From Acanthaster planci (Eukaryota): DNA of 64,000 bases. Shown here one piece after another: positions 48,800-60,600 of this stretch. Under the pieces are notes generated by a model. It had not been told where the DNA came from. It did not search any database and saw nothing but the letters and a program-made list of their open reading frames with translations. The translations under genes and the position numbers were made by a program. Numbering within the stretch: the first letter of the stretch is position 1; every line of letters starts with the position of its first letter. Where the stretch lies: NCBI RefSeq assembly GCF_001949145.1, contig NW_019091359.1:3264431-3328430 (forward strand). Reading direction: 5' to 3'.

Positions 48800-51700
48800 A
48801 TGGCGTACATATCGGAAGGTGGTAAGTTGTCTTCCGTCTTCCATCATCATGTCTATGGTTAATCTTGGACGTGGATGTTTGTTTGGCAGTGTCTTGATTG
48901 CCGTCTCGCGAATTTATGGTGACATTCAGTGTTTTAAATTGGAATTGGCTCTTGCTATAAGCGAGAGAATATTTTCTTTCCTTGACGTGGAATTAGATAG
49001 GCCGAGGCTCTTTTTACATGTAGCCGGGTGTTACTTCCTCCTGTCCATGGTCCATGGTATACTCTTGTTAGTCTTACTAATTACCGTCAACACACGATAG
49101 TAACGCCAACTTCCCGAAAATTCAACTTTAATCCACAAAAGAGGCGTAGAAGTGTAATACTTGGGCTGAAAGTTACTTTACAGTAGTTCGAGATCACAAA
49201 TCAATTTTCAAAATGGAGTTTTTTCACACACAAAAAATGATCTCCGGCACTAGCCAATCGGCACCATTTTGCCTCCTCATGGAGCTTGGACTGTACCATT
49301 TAGTTGTGGATATGCTGTAAATTGAAATACATTTTAAGAGAGTAACAATCAATATAGCAGAAACAGCATCAATAGTTATTGTCGAAATTCAAAAAGGGTC
49401 AGTTATAAAATCTTAAGAAAAGTAAAAATATAGATAGTAACTTTAAAGGAAAAGGTAGCGTTTCTTTACATATAATATCACCACCCCTCTAGCGTAATGG
49501 TATGGTTCCAGTTGCCCCAAGGGCAACATGGCTGCTGATATCTGAGCTGGTTCGAAGGAGGCGATTCAGCCAAATTAAAATGGCAATTTTCCTGAGTCTA
49601 ACCTGTTGATGGTTAGTCAAAATATCCCTTCGGCAAATACTTTACTGTCAAGTACCGCTTCTTTTGATTTTTAACGTGTTTTGGAGGTGTTGATGCTGTG
49701 TTGACGGTCTGTTGTGTGTTGACGGTAATTAGTATGACCACTTTAGCCTAGCGAAGTTGGCACTTCAACACACGCGGAAGCCTTATGCCTGTTTTCCTTT
49801 CTCCATGTCATGCCATGTTTTAAGTTTGAGGCCAGTATCTGCCCTTAGCTGAAGTGCACCCTAACTGGTGAAAGAAAGCCCACTTGGACTTTTGTACTCT
49901 TCTTTTAAAACCTTTTGGCGCTCGGAGTTGCTACACTGGGGATCCAATTTTGTCTAATTACGTAATTAAAAAAATGTTTTCGGCCAAATGCAAAAACCTC
50001 CTGATTGTATGTAAATATTTCAGCCACATGCTGATAAGGGACTATTGACAAACCAAGTGCCTGGGCTAGCCTGGGCCTGTCTTATATCAATGGTCGGTCT
50101 CTCTGATACGTCTCTGAACTGTCTAGACAGCTGTCTGAGTAGTTTCATTGTGTTGGGGGGTGTCAAATTTTTGTTGACTGTGGTGGGACCCCTTCCCTTG
50201 TTCGCACTCAGACCTTTTTTTGTGCTTTTTTTGTGGAGGCACTCGGGAACACCCTCTGATCAATTTAAGTGCCAGTCGAAGGGAATGTGGATTTGGGAAG
50301 AGGGTTATAACAAAGAAATCTCAAATGTATCACCTCGGAGCAACGAGCATAAAAAATAGGCCCTGTGCAGGGGAAGGTTCCATAGGTTACAGCATCATAA
50401 ATAAATTGCCTTTTGCCTGGGCTTTGTGTGGAGTTCCCTTGTAAACATGTCAGACCTGTAAACAGGGTCCCTGGGGTACAGGTTTCCCCAGGTACAAGTT
50501 GACTTGGGTACGAGCTGACCCAAGTGTGAATTGACCTGGGTATGAATTGTCCTGAGACTCCTGCTATTATGTGACCCAGATTCTGTTAGTATACTCCTCA
50601 AGCAATTTTGACGGAGGATTCAAGTCTTTATGTCAAGGATTTTATGCTCCCCCTAAAGTTACAATATCATACTCCTTTTTTTTCAACTGACACATTAAAT
50701 TGCAGGATATTTCACCTGCTTTTTATGTTTTGTGGCTGTGGAGAATTTCAGAATTTGCCCTGGGCCCGAACTCTGGTTTATGAACATAAATTCAAATTAG
50801 CACTGTTGACATGGAACCAGATGAAGATTTGTTAGGGTGGAATGTTTTAAGTCCCCAAAATACTGTGCATGGTTAGTTTTTAGTACGTTAACCCTAGCAC
50901 TCCTCAAACCTTCACCTGTTGGAGGATTGAGGACTGTTTGGGTTAATATAAAACATGTATATGTGTATCAGACCTAGATCAGTTCCTGACCAATTCATTA
51001 TCCCCTGCCAAGTATTGATAGATCAATGGAGCCTATCTAATGGTTAGCAGGAAATGCTTTCAATCTTACGGTTTGGTACTAACATTTTTACAAGGGTTTT
51101 GGTGAATGGCAAAATAAAATCATGAAATTGAATTACATCTCATATTAATGAATCAACAAATTACATTGTAAGTTGCTTTTGTTCACCTCCAACAGGTCAG
51201 ATACTGGAGTCAAGATCACCATGGAGACTGGCGTTCATTGGGGAAGTGTTTTGGGGCATCATTAACTTTGTCATATTGTTGTGAGTATAGCATTTATGTA
51301 CAAGGTTTACCGGGATTCATATATGTACATGTTTGTTTACTGTAGCAATCATCAACATACACCATACCTTTACTTGTATTTATACCTTTAAATTTGCAAT
51401 TTTTTCTTCTTTTAAATTAATTTTCCCCTCTGGAGTGCAGTATGTTTCACATATCTTTATTTTAGTCTTCATAAATACAAGTACTACAACCCATCCAAAA
51501 TTAGTGTTAGTTAAATGTGTCAAATATTTTGGTCTCTTGTGTCTTGAAATTTGATTTTGTTTTTCTGACAAGGAGTGGTCAGTTTGGCTTTTTAAACTGG
51601 GGGTTCAAGATGTTTTTATTCTCACTATTGTTAGCTGTTACCATTGTGTACTCCTGAAGATACATGTAAATTGCTTGTTCCTTTTAAACTCCTTGTTTTC

Positions 51701-53826
51701 TGTTCTTTTCACGACAGCTTCCGAACAATGGTTACGGTAAGCTTATCTCTGCATTTTCAAGTTCATATTAATATTATAAATATTATACAACAGTTGTCAT
51801 AAAATAGTTTTATCATGTACACTACATGAATGTGCCAAATCGGGGTTTCAGTGTTATCTTCCAAATCTAGAGAAATAGTTCAGCTGTGGTTTTGAAGTTC
51901 TTCCGTTTAGCTAGTACAATTATCACCAAGTAATATGTTGCATGATTAGTTTATAAATGAGTTTTAGCTCTTTCAAAATGTTTTGCAATACACCTCCTGA
52001 ATTAGTCCAATTAAAGTTAATGTTTCCACAAAAATATTATTTCATAATCATGTTTCCACAGCCTGACTTAACTGGCAAGGGGCGTGGCTACACGTCAAGC
52101 TACCAAGCTGGAAATGGAGGCGGGTAGGTATCATTATGGATGACATCCAACCCGTTCAAATCTGTTGAACTTCCCTGATCCAACTTGCACTTTTATAGAC
52201 AGGACATTAAACTTTGAAAAGTTGTTGGTGTATAATATCTGAACAAAGTGATCATGGACTATTATGCAGACTACAGATTTTCAGCTGTTTGAGGAAGAAC
52301 AGGGTTTCTTAATTAAGCTTGGTTCAATCCTCAATCCTACAAAATCTTTTAAACCTCTTAGATCTGGAAGTGTACGGGCTTTGTGAAAGGGAAGAAAACT
52401 CTTACCTTGACTTTCAATCTGAGTTTTATATCTGGTGGACAAGTTGCTCAGTCTTGTCCTGCATACTTGGCACTTTAGTGTCATTCTGAATATCTGAGTT
52501 TTACATCTGGTGGAAAAGTTGCTCAGTCTTGTCCTGCATACTTGGCACTTTAGTGTCATTCTGAATATCTGAGTTTTACATCTGGTGGAAAAGTTGCTCA
52601 GTCTCGTCCTGCATACTTGGCACTTTAGTGTCATTCTGAATATCTGAGTTTTACATCTGGTGGAAAAGTTGCTCAGTCTTGTCCTGCATACTTGGCACTT
52701 TAGTGTCATTCTGAATATCTGAGTTTTACATCTGGTGGAAAAGTTGCTCAGTTTTGTCCTGCATACTTGGTAGTGTCATTCTCATTTAGTTTTAGTTTGA
52801 CCACTTGGGTACAAGTGAACTGATATTTCTAAAAGGCAGTGTCATGTGAGAATATCCGTTCTGAGCAGCAACAAAAGAGGGCGTGTTTTGAAATGAAATT
52901 GAAAGTCCTTTGGTACTCATTCAAGTTTATGCGCGTTTGACACGTTTGCTGAATACGCACAACAAATTTATTCGCGTGCAAGCTGAACGCTAAAAGAACC
53001 CGGTTGGAAAACTCAGTACAATTTGTCTTTCTTTCACCGGTGAGGATGCATTTCAGTTGAGGGCAGATACCGCCATATATCACACCTGTGAATTGGCGTA
53101 CTGCCAAGATGGTAAGACTAAGCTATAAATAGCCATGCACACAGTGATGTTCTTGAATGGCTTCCTTATGAGCAGTCACTGCTTAACTATCAAACTTAGT
53201 CATCACAACTGAAAAATCTTTTGCCTGTAGCAAAACATCCAGAGTTAAGTTTACTTCTCGAACTTGGATTTAGGTCTGTGATCTTTTATTCTCATTTCCT
53301 TATTATCCTCACCAGGAGAGGGCTTGGCCCACCACCAGGCCCAAGAAGAAGAATGGGTGGATTTAGGGGTGGGAGTGGAGCACCAAGGGCCCCACCCCCT
53401 GCCGGAGGTGGATGAGGAAGGTGAGGACTTTCCTTGGTTTGGACGAGAAAAGACAAACAAACAAAAGAGGTTACAGTTGGTAAACTTCCACAGCTGACGT
53501 TATCAGAAGATTGTAAAGAACTGATGTGGGATGAAACAGAGTTGCATCCTTCCATTTCTCATGCATTACCGAAATTCTTATTGAAGAGGGATCTTGATAC
53601 ATCAGGGCCTCAATGTACACACAAATGCTGAAGGAACTTGCTTTTTAGCTTCATACGTGGAAGCTTTTTAAAAAACTTGATTTCTTTTGGAAAGACAAAA
53701 GTTTAACATCTTCTACTGGACAGTTTGTGTTAACTGTATTCAAAATTTTTATGTTTTAAGAGTAGATGTTGAAATGGTTGACTTCTGTCATTGCATCCTA
53801 TTGTCTACTGGTCACCTTGCAGGTAA
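48800..53826 (+). CDS. SELENOK: Selenoprotein K, 6 coding exons, in-frame UGA (Sec) at 53413-53415
   Basis: Exons 48800-48821, 51196-51280, 51718-51736, 52062-52123, 53316-53420 and 53823-53826 give MAYISEGGQILESRSPWRLAFIGEVFWGIINFVILFFRTMVTPDLTGKGRGYTSSYQAGNGGGRGLGPPPGPRRRMGGFRGGSGAPRAPPPAGGGUGR*. This shows the SelK SPWRL motif, one TM helix, a Gly/Pro-rich tail and the GGUGR end. Confidence 0.95.
49070..49739. mobile_element. ~670-bp element bounded by ~30-bp inverted repeats, in SELENOK intron 1
   Basis: GTCTTACTAATTACCGTCAACACAC (49071-49095) is the reverse complement of GTGTGTTGACGGTAATTAGTATGAC (49714-49738) with one mismatch. Confidence 0.55.
50470..50552. repeat. Degenerate ~16-bp tandem repeat (GGGTACRAGTTGACCY-like)
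   Basis: About five diverged units. Confidence 0.55.
50892..50942. mobile_element. 51-bp piggyBac-like hairpin mini-element, copy 3 (inverted)
   Basis: Perfect TTAA on both sides; CCC...GGG termini. Confidence 0.72.
52417..52782. repeat. 75-bp minisatellite, ~4.8 near-identical copies, in SELENOK intron 4
   Basis: Unit ATCTGAGTTTTACATCTGGTGGAAAAGTTGCTCAGTCTTGTCCTGCATACTTGGCACTTTAGTGTCATTCTGAAT starts at 52417, 52492, 52567, 52642 and 52717. Confidence 0.95.
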
Positions 53827-54301
53827 ATGCCCACTGTAATCCCTTACAGTGGGCAAGAGCTACATCGTCAACAGGAGAACTACTAGGAGAGACCTACGGT
53901 CTTCCGTCCTTTCTTTCCTCATCTTTTGTCAGACATCTCACGAGCCGCTCTCATCTTTGGATTCGTTTCTCACTCACCCATAAAAATTAAAGCAAAGACT
54001 GGAAAGTATTTTGCCGTGTCCCCAATGTTAAAACCTGTGTATATTTCTGTACATTTTTCTAAGAGAAAACATCAACTTAGTTCATATCCTTTTGTCCACT
54101 TTAAGAAAAAGACTGGCAACAATTACAGTCATTTATTTGTAGTTAAGTTTGAGCATGCATAGCACCCTCATGATACATCCTTTCCTTAATGTCTGATAAT
54201 GTATATGCAGTGTTTTTCCTGTAATCTTAGACCAACTCCATTTCTTGGCTCTCGTGTTGACGATTTATCGCTCACAAACTAACAATTGCTGTTAGAGTGT
54301 G

Positions 54302-54383
54302 TGCTGTATTCCACACTCAATGATGACGCTTGTATGGACAAGCCACTGATGTGGACCCAAACAAGCTGATGATAAAGGCAGCA
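54302..54383 (+). promoter_or_regulatory. SECIS element (type II-like) in the SELENOK 3' UTR
   Basis: ATGAC (54323-54327) / TGAT (54367-54370) quartet; helix II GCTTGT-ATGG pairing with CCA-A-ACAAGC; apical AA followed by mini-stem CCAC/GTGG; basal TGCTG/CAGCA. About 500 nt after the stop. Folded by eye. Confidence 0.85.
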
Positions 54384-54532
54384 GAAAATAAAATTGTTTG
54401 AAATTATGCCTCTTGACCTTGGGGAAAAATGATTTCATTAGAAAAAGTCAATTATGTGTGCTGGTCGTACCAGTCTCGCTGCTCTGCTGAAAGTGGAAAA
54501 TGATTTGCGGTGAGAATGCAGTCAGCTCCCCA

Positions 54533-54648
54533 GAGTACTACAAATACTAGTCCTAGCTCAAGTCCTAGCCCAAGTACTAGCACAAGTCCCAGCACAAGTC
54601 CTAGCCCAAGTACTAGCACAAGTACTAGTACAAGTACTTGTACTAGTT
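54533..54648. repeat. Degenerate 6-bp tandem repeat (AGTACT/AGTCCT/AGCACA/AGCCCA)
   Basis: About 19 hexamer units visible directly. Confidence 0.8.
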
Positions 54649-54714
54649 CTGTTGAAATTACCATTCTTCAGTCGCAATTTTAAATCATATGGTCATATTG
54701 TCATGGAAAGATCA

Positions 54715-54860
54715 CAGTGGCATAATTTGTAAATAACAAGATCCGTGTCCAAGCTGGGCCCCCCAAAACAGAAGTACAAGCCATACTTCCTTGGCTTTTG
54801 ATGTTCCCCTGAAAAGTGTGTGCACCCCCCCTTGAGAATTTTATCCATGTTATGTCACTG
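54715..54860. mobile_element. Short MITE with CAGTGGCATAA...TTATGTCACTG termini
   Basis: 11-bp imperfect terminal inverted repeat, similar to the CAGTGGCGTAAC elements in the tRNA-Phe array. Confidence 0.55.
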
Positions 54861-56439
54861 TATTAACCATTTGACTTTGAATGTGTAATTATGCACTAAA
54901 GAGGATTTGCACAGCCGCCATCTTGCAGGCCAGTGCTTTTTTCCACAGGGTATGCATAAAGGAGGTTTCTCTGTGGAAAACAAACTGCCCTGCAAGATGG
55001 CTACCACGCAATGCCAATTGTTCATCTTTCTTCTGTTCCCTTGTGTTCAGTGTGATACTGACATTTTGAATTTATTACATTTAATAAAGGACTAATGTAT
55101 TTGCCAAGGTCATGAGATGTAAGAACTGTCATAGAGTTGGATATTATCATGATTATATCTAACTCTATCAAGATCTCTACACATACATGCACAAGTATTT
55201 TCAAAAGACTTATCACAGATATTTGTTCGTGTTTGTCAACAAAATAGTACCTTGTAAATAGATGAATTTTTTGGTTTAACTTAATTATTTTGATTCATTT
55301 AATTGAGTTCTTTTCATGGACATGTTTACTTCTTGCTTGTATGGTTTCACTTTTCAGTAATTTTATTAAACTCCCCCTCTCCATTGGGCAATGGCAACCC
55401 CTGTTTTGGTGGAAATCAGTTCTGTGTTTCAACAGTCATTTATTTTTAATTGAATTCCACATGGGAAAAACTTTGTCAGGTGAAAGTAATTTTACTGAAA
55501 CAATGGGCATCAATAGGGTCCTGGTAGATTATTATCAGCATGGTTTACGGTAGCAGGTTTTTTCTGCTGACTTTTGTAGCTAGGCCCAGGCCCCATATGT
55601 TGTTTCAGTCTTGGAATTCATTGAAGATCGATCTCATGTGTATGTTAATAAATGGAACTCTCTTATTTCTTGTTTGTTTCTTTTGGGATCTCAGATATGT
55701 ATAAAATAAACCAGATTAATTCATTGACTTGAAATGTTTCTGTTTGTTATTGCAAATATTAAACTTATGTATATATTAAGTTAGAACTGGGGAAACACCT
55801 GGTGTGATATTTAGACATGTATATATCTTTTTAAAATGAGATTTGCCATTCTGTCTAGAGAGAGTTTCATAGCTACAGAGCTTCAAAAAGTTTAAATTAT
55901 CGATTGTTCAAAGCTTGTAGGACCGTTTGGTATCTTTTAAATATTTTAAGTGTAAAATTTTAGATGAAACAGTGAATCAGTGGGCAACAGGTAATTAATG
56001 AACAGTCCATGCTGCTCATCTTGCCACATCATTCTGATGCTAGCCTTTTCAGAGTAAAGGTAAGTTTTTAGTGTTTGGAAGACTCAAGATCACATTATTG
56101 GCCCTGTTTAGTCTTCCATTTGGCTTCCTAAGGGTAAGTGAAGGTTCAAGTTATTTTACAATGGTCACACAGTGGAATTATTATTTTCTTGAAATCTTGA
56201 TCTTGAAAATGTATAGTGGCTTTGCTTTGCCAGCAGCAATGTCAGAGTTCATGCTTGTACAGAGATTCTTGCTGATCATTCATGAGAATTCATTATGCCA
56301 TTTCAATTATTCTGTATTTCCTTTATGCGTAAGTGCTGAACCCTTACTGTTTGCTAAGCTAAGTCTTGTTCATTAAGGCAGAAACCTTCATGCTGTATAA
56401 TTATGTTGTAGTCTCAACTCTTAGTTGCGCCTGTACTAA

Positions 56440-56649
56440 AGTCACAAGCAGGGTGTCTGAGATGGCACTGGCTAGGCAGTCTGAAGTGTGGAGGATATGA
56501 TGATTGTCGTTGATTATTTTGCAGAGGGGAGGAAGATGAGGGTGAAAAGTGGTGACCAAGGGAAGCCTAGGGATGGTTTCTTCACGGGGGGTCTTCTCCT
56601 TGAGTGCAAGACTTCTAGGGATGGAGCGTAACTGAAATTCGTCATTCAT
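56440..56649 (-). mobile_element. Penelope-like retroelement relic
   Basis: Translation RLPLVTTFHPHLPPLCKIINDNHHILHTSD resembles the linker between RT and GIY-YIG in Penelope-like elements; isolated fragment. Confidence 0.65.
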
Positions 56650-57619
56650 GGTAGCCCCACATATGCCATAAATGAGACCCAGGTACTAGACAGACTCTAT
56701 ACCCAGGGCATGGAGGTAGTACAGCTCTTGGGCCCTATTTAAAGGGATATAAGTGATCAGATGATGGTGAACAGGTGCAATCAATGCAATTATGTCAAAG
56801 GAAACAATACCAATTACCAGCTGCAAGGGGTCTATTACAACACACAAGACCCAGATATTCATGAATATCACTAAGGCTGTACCTCTCAAGTGGCAAACAT
56901 TTATTCAAAAATGCACTTTGCCGTTGTTCAAACCTGGCCAAAGTTCCAACATATAAAAACTATACAAAAATGCACAGTCCATGCACCCATTCATATTTTG
57001 CAGCAGACTGATCCAGTAAGCTCTGCCCTCTGTACATGTGGGCACATAGCACGTGTTCTCCAACGCCACACTACATGTTTCAGCAGCGCGCATCATAAGC
57101 ATATGCATACATTTCAGACTTTTGTGCACGCATGTTAAACATAAATCCTGACTGTGATTGGTCCAAAATAATGGGCGGGGCTTAATGGATTATCTATTTA
57201 TAACTAAGAGTGAATGGGTACTTTACAATAAATACCTAACAGGTACATATATGCAGAATCAAATAACCCACTTATGCTCCTTGCCAAGCACTTGTCATCT
57301 CTGGTTTTACTTCCACTGCATCTTCAGCTTTAATCCCTTGGATTGACATTCAACTCTGTTAAGGCTTCTCCAGGATATATGGACCAAATTCTAAAGTTTT
57401 TCTGAAGGACTTCATCACCTCCAAAGTGCCCCAAATCCTCACACAGGATAGGTAACAATGAAATTCCAAATATGAGTTGTCTTTTTTTGGAGGGGGGAAT
57501 TTTCAAACTCATTTCTGGCTCCATCTTTAGCAGGACTTCCTTCTCCAAGTTTTGCAGGGTTCACAAACCCTGGATAAATGCTTGGTAAAGTTAGAAAATG
57601 AAATCTACGCATAATGCTG

Positions 57620-60600
57620 CTACCAGACGAAGGGTGAGCGTTCCCTCAACACCTTGAGTCCATGTGTCTTCCATTCTCTCTGTCTAATCCACAACTCTTG
57701 TGCAGTGTCCAGGCATGCTAAGACTGTGCCCCCCTTCCAACACGTCATCCGTGGGTCAAGATCCTACGAAAATTCAGGGAAAAAACCACATGGCATATAT
57801 AAATCTGAGCTGGGCACAGATTTTATACAACTAGAAGACACTATATCTCCAAATTGTCTTTGAGAGAATAGACAAAGACTTTGGAGTACAACCAAAATTA
57901 CTAACACACTGTTTTCCAAACTTGATAGTCATAAAGAATTCTCTGCAGCAAAACGTTCAAAAAGAGATTATTAATACTACAGCTCTGAAAGCTGCCAACA
58001 TGTAGCTCATGAATGGTAGGATTACATCGCGCCTAAACATAAGTTGCTAAAGTACTTCAAAAAAAGTTGTTTAAAAAACTAAATAAAAATCTGGCGGAAC
58101 AGACATCGTCAAACTGAAACTGTTTACTCACAAAATACTGTGATTACCTTGGATTTACAGATGACTTCCACTTTGTCCACTACCTTACGAAATGACGGTG
58201 GCATCTTAGTTTGTACACGATGCTGTAACATATCTGACGCCCCTTGGAAATGACTCAGCCCTCCTCCAACTACCAAGATACAGCTATACATCTTCTTTTT
58301 GGTTTCATCAGATGCTGCTCAAGATAGATGATGAATATTTGAATTGCTGTTATTGTTTTCTTGGTTACTAACGAGGTTGCATTATCTCTACCCTTGCATG
58401 ACAATACCTTTTTTTCTAAATGCAAAAACCATGATTTTTGTAACAGTTTGTAGCTGGTGAATGAATAGACAAGATTATGATTCTCTTACAATAACCTTTG
58501 ACCTCTGTTACAATTGTACACACTCAACTGTAAACCCAAAGTAGTTGTTGATGGATTGGCATGTTGATAAACTGTCGGAAGGAAACAGGTGTGAATAGGG
58601 GCAAAAATAAATCTGCAGGAGGTGTGGAAAGTTTATGCCCCTCCCCCAAAGAGGAATATTAAAGGGGCTGTGTGTGCCAATATAAAAAGACAACACTTTG
58701 TTACTGTGTACCTCATATCTGTTTTCATTTATCTTTCATGTGGCTACACCTTCAAAACAGAAAATTAGCTCAGACGGATGCTTTGATATTCTACGTGAAC
58801 TTACAGCAACAGTCAATACTGTGAAGTATAGCCTGGTCCACTCCTAGAGGCTTGTCTAATGACTGAGAGGTGGAGATTCGTCTGGAGATGGTTGGGGGAG
58901 GAGCTTCCTCTGCTTGAATCAGATCACTCTGTGATTGGCTGGTAGGTGAAGTGGACAATTGACTCCCTGATGATGTCATGATACCATCTGCATTCTGATT
59001 GGTGGAATCTGAGTTGGTGGCAGAGCCTGATTTCTTGGTTGACTGCGGGAGAATGTTTCGTAAAACAAGTTGTGAAAACTTCAAGCATGGCAGTACTAGC
59101 TACACTGTTTATAGATAGTCCGTGAGAAGCTGGAAACCACTTGTCTGCTTGGGGTCACATTGATACTTGTGTCTGAATTACAAGCAACATAACTGAAGAC
59201 CTAACGTCAGCCTCCAAACTTACATTGGTTGATGTGTAGATTGTGAATTCTACTTTCCATTGCCTGACTAATCTCCCATACAAGCAGTTTGTGGTTAATG
59301 ATAACTGCATCAGAGGTAGCCAATGATGACACGCAGGCCATATTCAATCCCTTTTTCTGCTGTGAGATTGAGGTCATCTTCAGACTTGGAGTACCTCATC
59401 AACTGAGAAACTACTCACCAACCACACAAAAGATCCTACATAAAGCTCGTACAATTATTAAACGAGGCAATAAACCATGATTTACTTCTGTGTACACAGA
59501 ATTCCTTGTACACATGGTACACTTGATATCATGTTACAAAAAGAAATGACTCACTTTTGATAATCTTGGTGAAATGCAGTGACTGTGACTCATGAGTTCT
59601 GAGTGTGCAGTGTTCACTTACTCAGATTGCTGCATACATATTTCAATGAACAGCGCCCTCAATCAGTCAGGAATAGAGCAATTAAGCAGACATCTTTACC
59701 TGTTGCTGCTCTTTCTGTGTCTGAAGTAAGTACAGTTCATCATGAACATCTTCCGAGTCACCTTGATTCCTTTGCTGCGTGTAGGTCATCTTCTCTCCGA
59801 TGATGCCAAATATTAACGGATAGAAGAGCCCCATGGGTGCCTGAAGGGTCTCGTCGCCCAGCTTGAGCTGATACATAAGGGTGGGCTGGTTGGGATAACG
59901 GACGTGGAAGTCTAGTAACTGCACTCCATCCAAGTCCTGGTGGGAAGATCATACATGAAAGCTACGTAGCATTGATAGTGTCAGGCAGCTTTGAAAAACA
60001 TGCAGTAAAATAGATTTCTTGGTAGAAATAATGTTGCCATCATGGGTGTTGCTAGGGAGGGGTGCACAGGGGGGGGCTTGTCTCCCTCCCTCTGCAGAAA
60101 AACAGGAACAAGAACAAGGAAAAGTAACCCAAAAAAAATTTAATTTGGATTAAAATCATCAATTTGCTTGAAAACAAACGAACAAACCAACCAAAAAACA
60201 ACCCAAAAAACATGAAATTGATCCAGAGAAAAAAGATTTTTGCTCCCAATGCCCATGGTGGCCAAACATTTGATATGGCCAATTTTGTCCAATCACAAGC
60301 GAGTTTCTGTCTTATAAGATCTGTGACTGGCTTTTGAGATAAACCAGTTTGAATCATCCTGCATCTGGTAATCTAGAAGTGAGCCATTTTCATTTATTAA
60401 GGTACATAAATAGTTTTAGTAATATAACATTGACAACACAAGGGCAAAAAACTCAATATTCTCAAGACAAATGCCTTTGGGAAGGACCCCCCCCCAAGAC
60501 TGAAGAGTCAAACCCACTTGATCCAGATGGCAGAATGTTTCTTTGAGTTCCAGAAGGAGAAGAGCATCCATTGTCTTGGCTGGTTGGCACTCTTGGTAAG

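Noticed and set aside
52281..52709. 142-aa repeat ORF (MTLKCQVCRTRLSNFSTRCKTQIFR)n as a zinc-finger protein, or the array as CRISPR
   Set aside because: It is the translation of a 75-bp intronic minisatellite. Units are contiguous with no unique spacers, and there are no cas genes.
54452..54664. Hydrophobic VLVLGL ORF as a membrane protein
   Set aside because: Translation of a hexamer tandem repeat.
59323..59406. Box C/D snoRNA (ATGATGA...CTGA)
   Set aside because: It is antisense to the host gene ACTR8, has no terminal stem and no guide sequence I can recognise.
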